Assembly (NCBI GenBank): GCA_016839555.1
Contig: JAEOUA010000008.1
Location: 128,001-192,000 of the forward strand
Direction: 5' to 3'
Origin: Promethearchaeota archaeon
Lineage (GTDB): Archaea; Asgardarchaeota; Lokiarchaeia; Sigyniarchaeales; SOKP01
DNA length: 64,000 nt
The notes under the pieces: generated by a model
What the model was told of the DNA's origin: nothing
Seen by the model: the letters and a program-made list of their open reading frames with translations, nothing else
Databases searched by the model: none
Position numbers and translations under genes: made by a program
In this document: one piece after another, positions 62,408 through 64,000 of the stretch
How the letters are laid out: each line of letters begins with the position of its first letter
How positions within the stretch are numbered: the stretch's first letter is position 1

Positions 62408-62432
62408 AAAAAATTGAGAGAGTGATTCTAAT

Positions 62433-62732
62433 TTGGATATTTTTAGTCTGATATTATTTCCGATATTTTTCTTTTTCTTCCTTAAAATCATAATATTTTT
62501 ATTTAATTTGCTTGTGTCTGAGCCATTCCCTCAAATGATAGCTTTCTTGCTATATATTATTCTTTTGTTTCCCTTTTACTATATTTTTATTCAATTTAGA
62601 ATTGTGATTGGCGATGATATCAATTATAATTTTATTTTTAAATTACTTTATACTCTAGCTATGATAGTTGATATATTCATTGTTATTGTTAATATTGTTT
62701 TAATTCTTTATGGGTTAGTTATGAATCCATGA
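62433..62732 (+). CDS. Small 3-TM membrane protein
   Basis: Hydrophobic 99-aa ORF directly after the ATPase. Confidence 0.55.
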   Translation: MDIFSLILFPIFFFFFLKIIIFLFNLLVSEPFPQMIAFLLYIILLFPFYYIFIQFRIVIGDDINYNFIFKLLYTLAMIVDIFIVIVNIVLILYGLVMNP

Positions 62733-63339
62733 ATTAACAGGAATTAGAAAATAAAAAATATTATTAATCTTATGATAATTAAAAATTATTTGCCTAATTC
62801 AAATGAACTAATAAAACTTGAATTTATCGCCAATCTTCATGTTTAATTGTTTGAATTTTTAAATTACGTTAAATGTTTCATTTTATTTTTATCCCTAAAG
62901 GTATAGCAATACATAGATTTAAATAAAAAGCTTTATAATGAATAATTGACAGAACAATAAAATTTGTAAGGTTGTGTCAGGAAATGGATAACCTTGCTGA
63001 GATTCCCAGATTTTTGTCTTTTGGTGATCTACTTAATATTCTCATATATAAAGTAGCAATCTTATTATCTTAACCTTTTATATTATAATCTTAAGCGAGG
63101 ATATCTATTTCTTGCTCCTTTTTCTTAAAGAGGCTCAAATAAGATTAGAGGAATCAAGAAGGGGTTCTCAATATTAATTGTCACTTTTTTCAAATAAATG
63201 ATTTTAATTCTCTAATTCCAAATATAAAAGCGAATTTTAATCTTTAAAAAGATGTTAACTTCTTTTTTGATGAAATTTATTTTTTTACTTGAATCTGATA
63301 GATTTTTTTAAAAAAAAAAGTTAAAAATGAAAAAAGGAG

Positions 63340-63573
63340 TTATTTATTAATTTCCCAGTATATTTTAGGCCTTCCTTTTTTACCATTATTCCTGGAAAAT
63401 TTTTTGACTATATTTTCTTTTTGTAATTTTATTAAATTATCGTAAACAGTAGTTCTTGGTATATTCAACTTGCTAACAAGTTCTCTTCTGGTTAATGGTC
63501 CATTATTTTTAAGTGTTTTAATCAAAAAGTTTTGTATGGGAGATATGAGTTTTCTTTCTATCATTAATTCCAT
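63340..63573 (-). CDS. TrmB-like winged-helix transcriptional regulator
   Basis: GPLTRRELVSKLNIPRTTVYDNLIKL...GRPKIYW. Confidence 0.85.
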   Translation of the reverse strand: MELMIERKLISPIQNFLIKTLKNNGPLTRRELVSKLNIPRTTVYDNLIKLQKENIVKKFSRNNGKKGRPKIYWEINK

Positions 63574-64000
63574 AATAATGCCTCTTTTTCTAATTTTTTA
63601 TTTTGATTTTATAAAATTTATTTAGAAAGGAACAAGACTTGTTTTTTTAAAACTAGGAAGACCATTAGTTTTCTAATATTTTATTTTTCCTCTAATATCA
63701 AATTTTAGATTTAGCTTATTTTTGACTAAAGAAAAAACATATGTTTTAAATTATTACTTTTAAAATCTATAGTATTAGGTATGCGATTTGTTGTTAAAAA
63801 ACTAGATTTAGTTTTATATTATATTTTGAGTTTGTTAAGCTCATTTTATATTAATTTCACGATTATAAATCTAACTTATAATAATCTTGTTTTAGATGTT
63901 TTAAATTCTGTTTTAATGTTTTCTCTATTAATTTTACTCAGCATCCGCTTGGCAAGAAAGAAAAAACTCAAGAAAATAATTTATTGGACAATAATTCTAA

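Noticed and set aside
62965-63010. Hairpin aaggttgt...ataacctt followed by gctgagattccc, considered as a TPP riboswitch, SECIS or ribozyme
   Set aside because: It lacks the remaining conserved cores of those families. The evidence is insufficient without a covariance search.

Overview
AT-rich archaeal chromosome segment. The gene content (tandem roadblock protein plus small GTPase, LRR and FG-GAP proteins, divergent TFB) points to an Asgard archaeon, most likely Lokiarchaeia. Positions 0.2-9.6 kb are conserved core genes: ArsA/Get3 ATPase, dnaG, OsmC, secE, ftsY, pfdA, rpl18a, eif6, rpl31e, rpl39e, PDCD5-like, rps19e, YhbY, rnp4, nep1 and tRNA-Gly(TCC). The main discovery is in dnaG. Its conserved N-terminal motif (GAIFGQ|TEGLL) is interrupted by a 29-nt insert (1737-1765) that shifts the frame and carries an in-frame TGA. 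The two ends of the insert fall exactly on the cut sites of a bulge-helix-bulge-like motif (GGAC-AAA / GUCU-AAA), so it is a candidate tRNA-endonuclease-spliced mRNA intron. The rest of the window is accessory. It contains (1) a membrane/HerA-VirB4-like operon with a pseudo-ATPase, an M50-like protease, a pilin-like protein and two acidic NPF-repeat proteins (9.8-24.4 kb); (2) an MglB-MglA-like module with an unannotated small ORF; (3) FG-GAP, TFB, TPR, LRR and NADAR genes; (4) an orc1/cdc6 operon with a structured GC-rich leader; and (5) a Tad/type IV pilus-like locus interleaved with a paralogous membrane-anchored HerA/VirD4-like ATPase (50.8-62.7 kb). All calls come from motif recognition by eye. 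No database searches were run.
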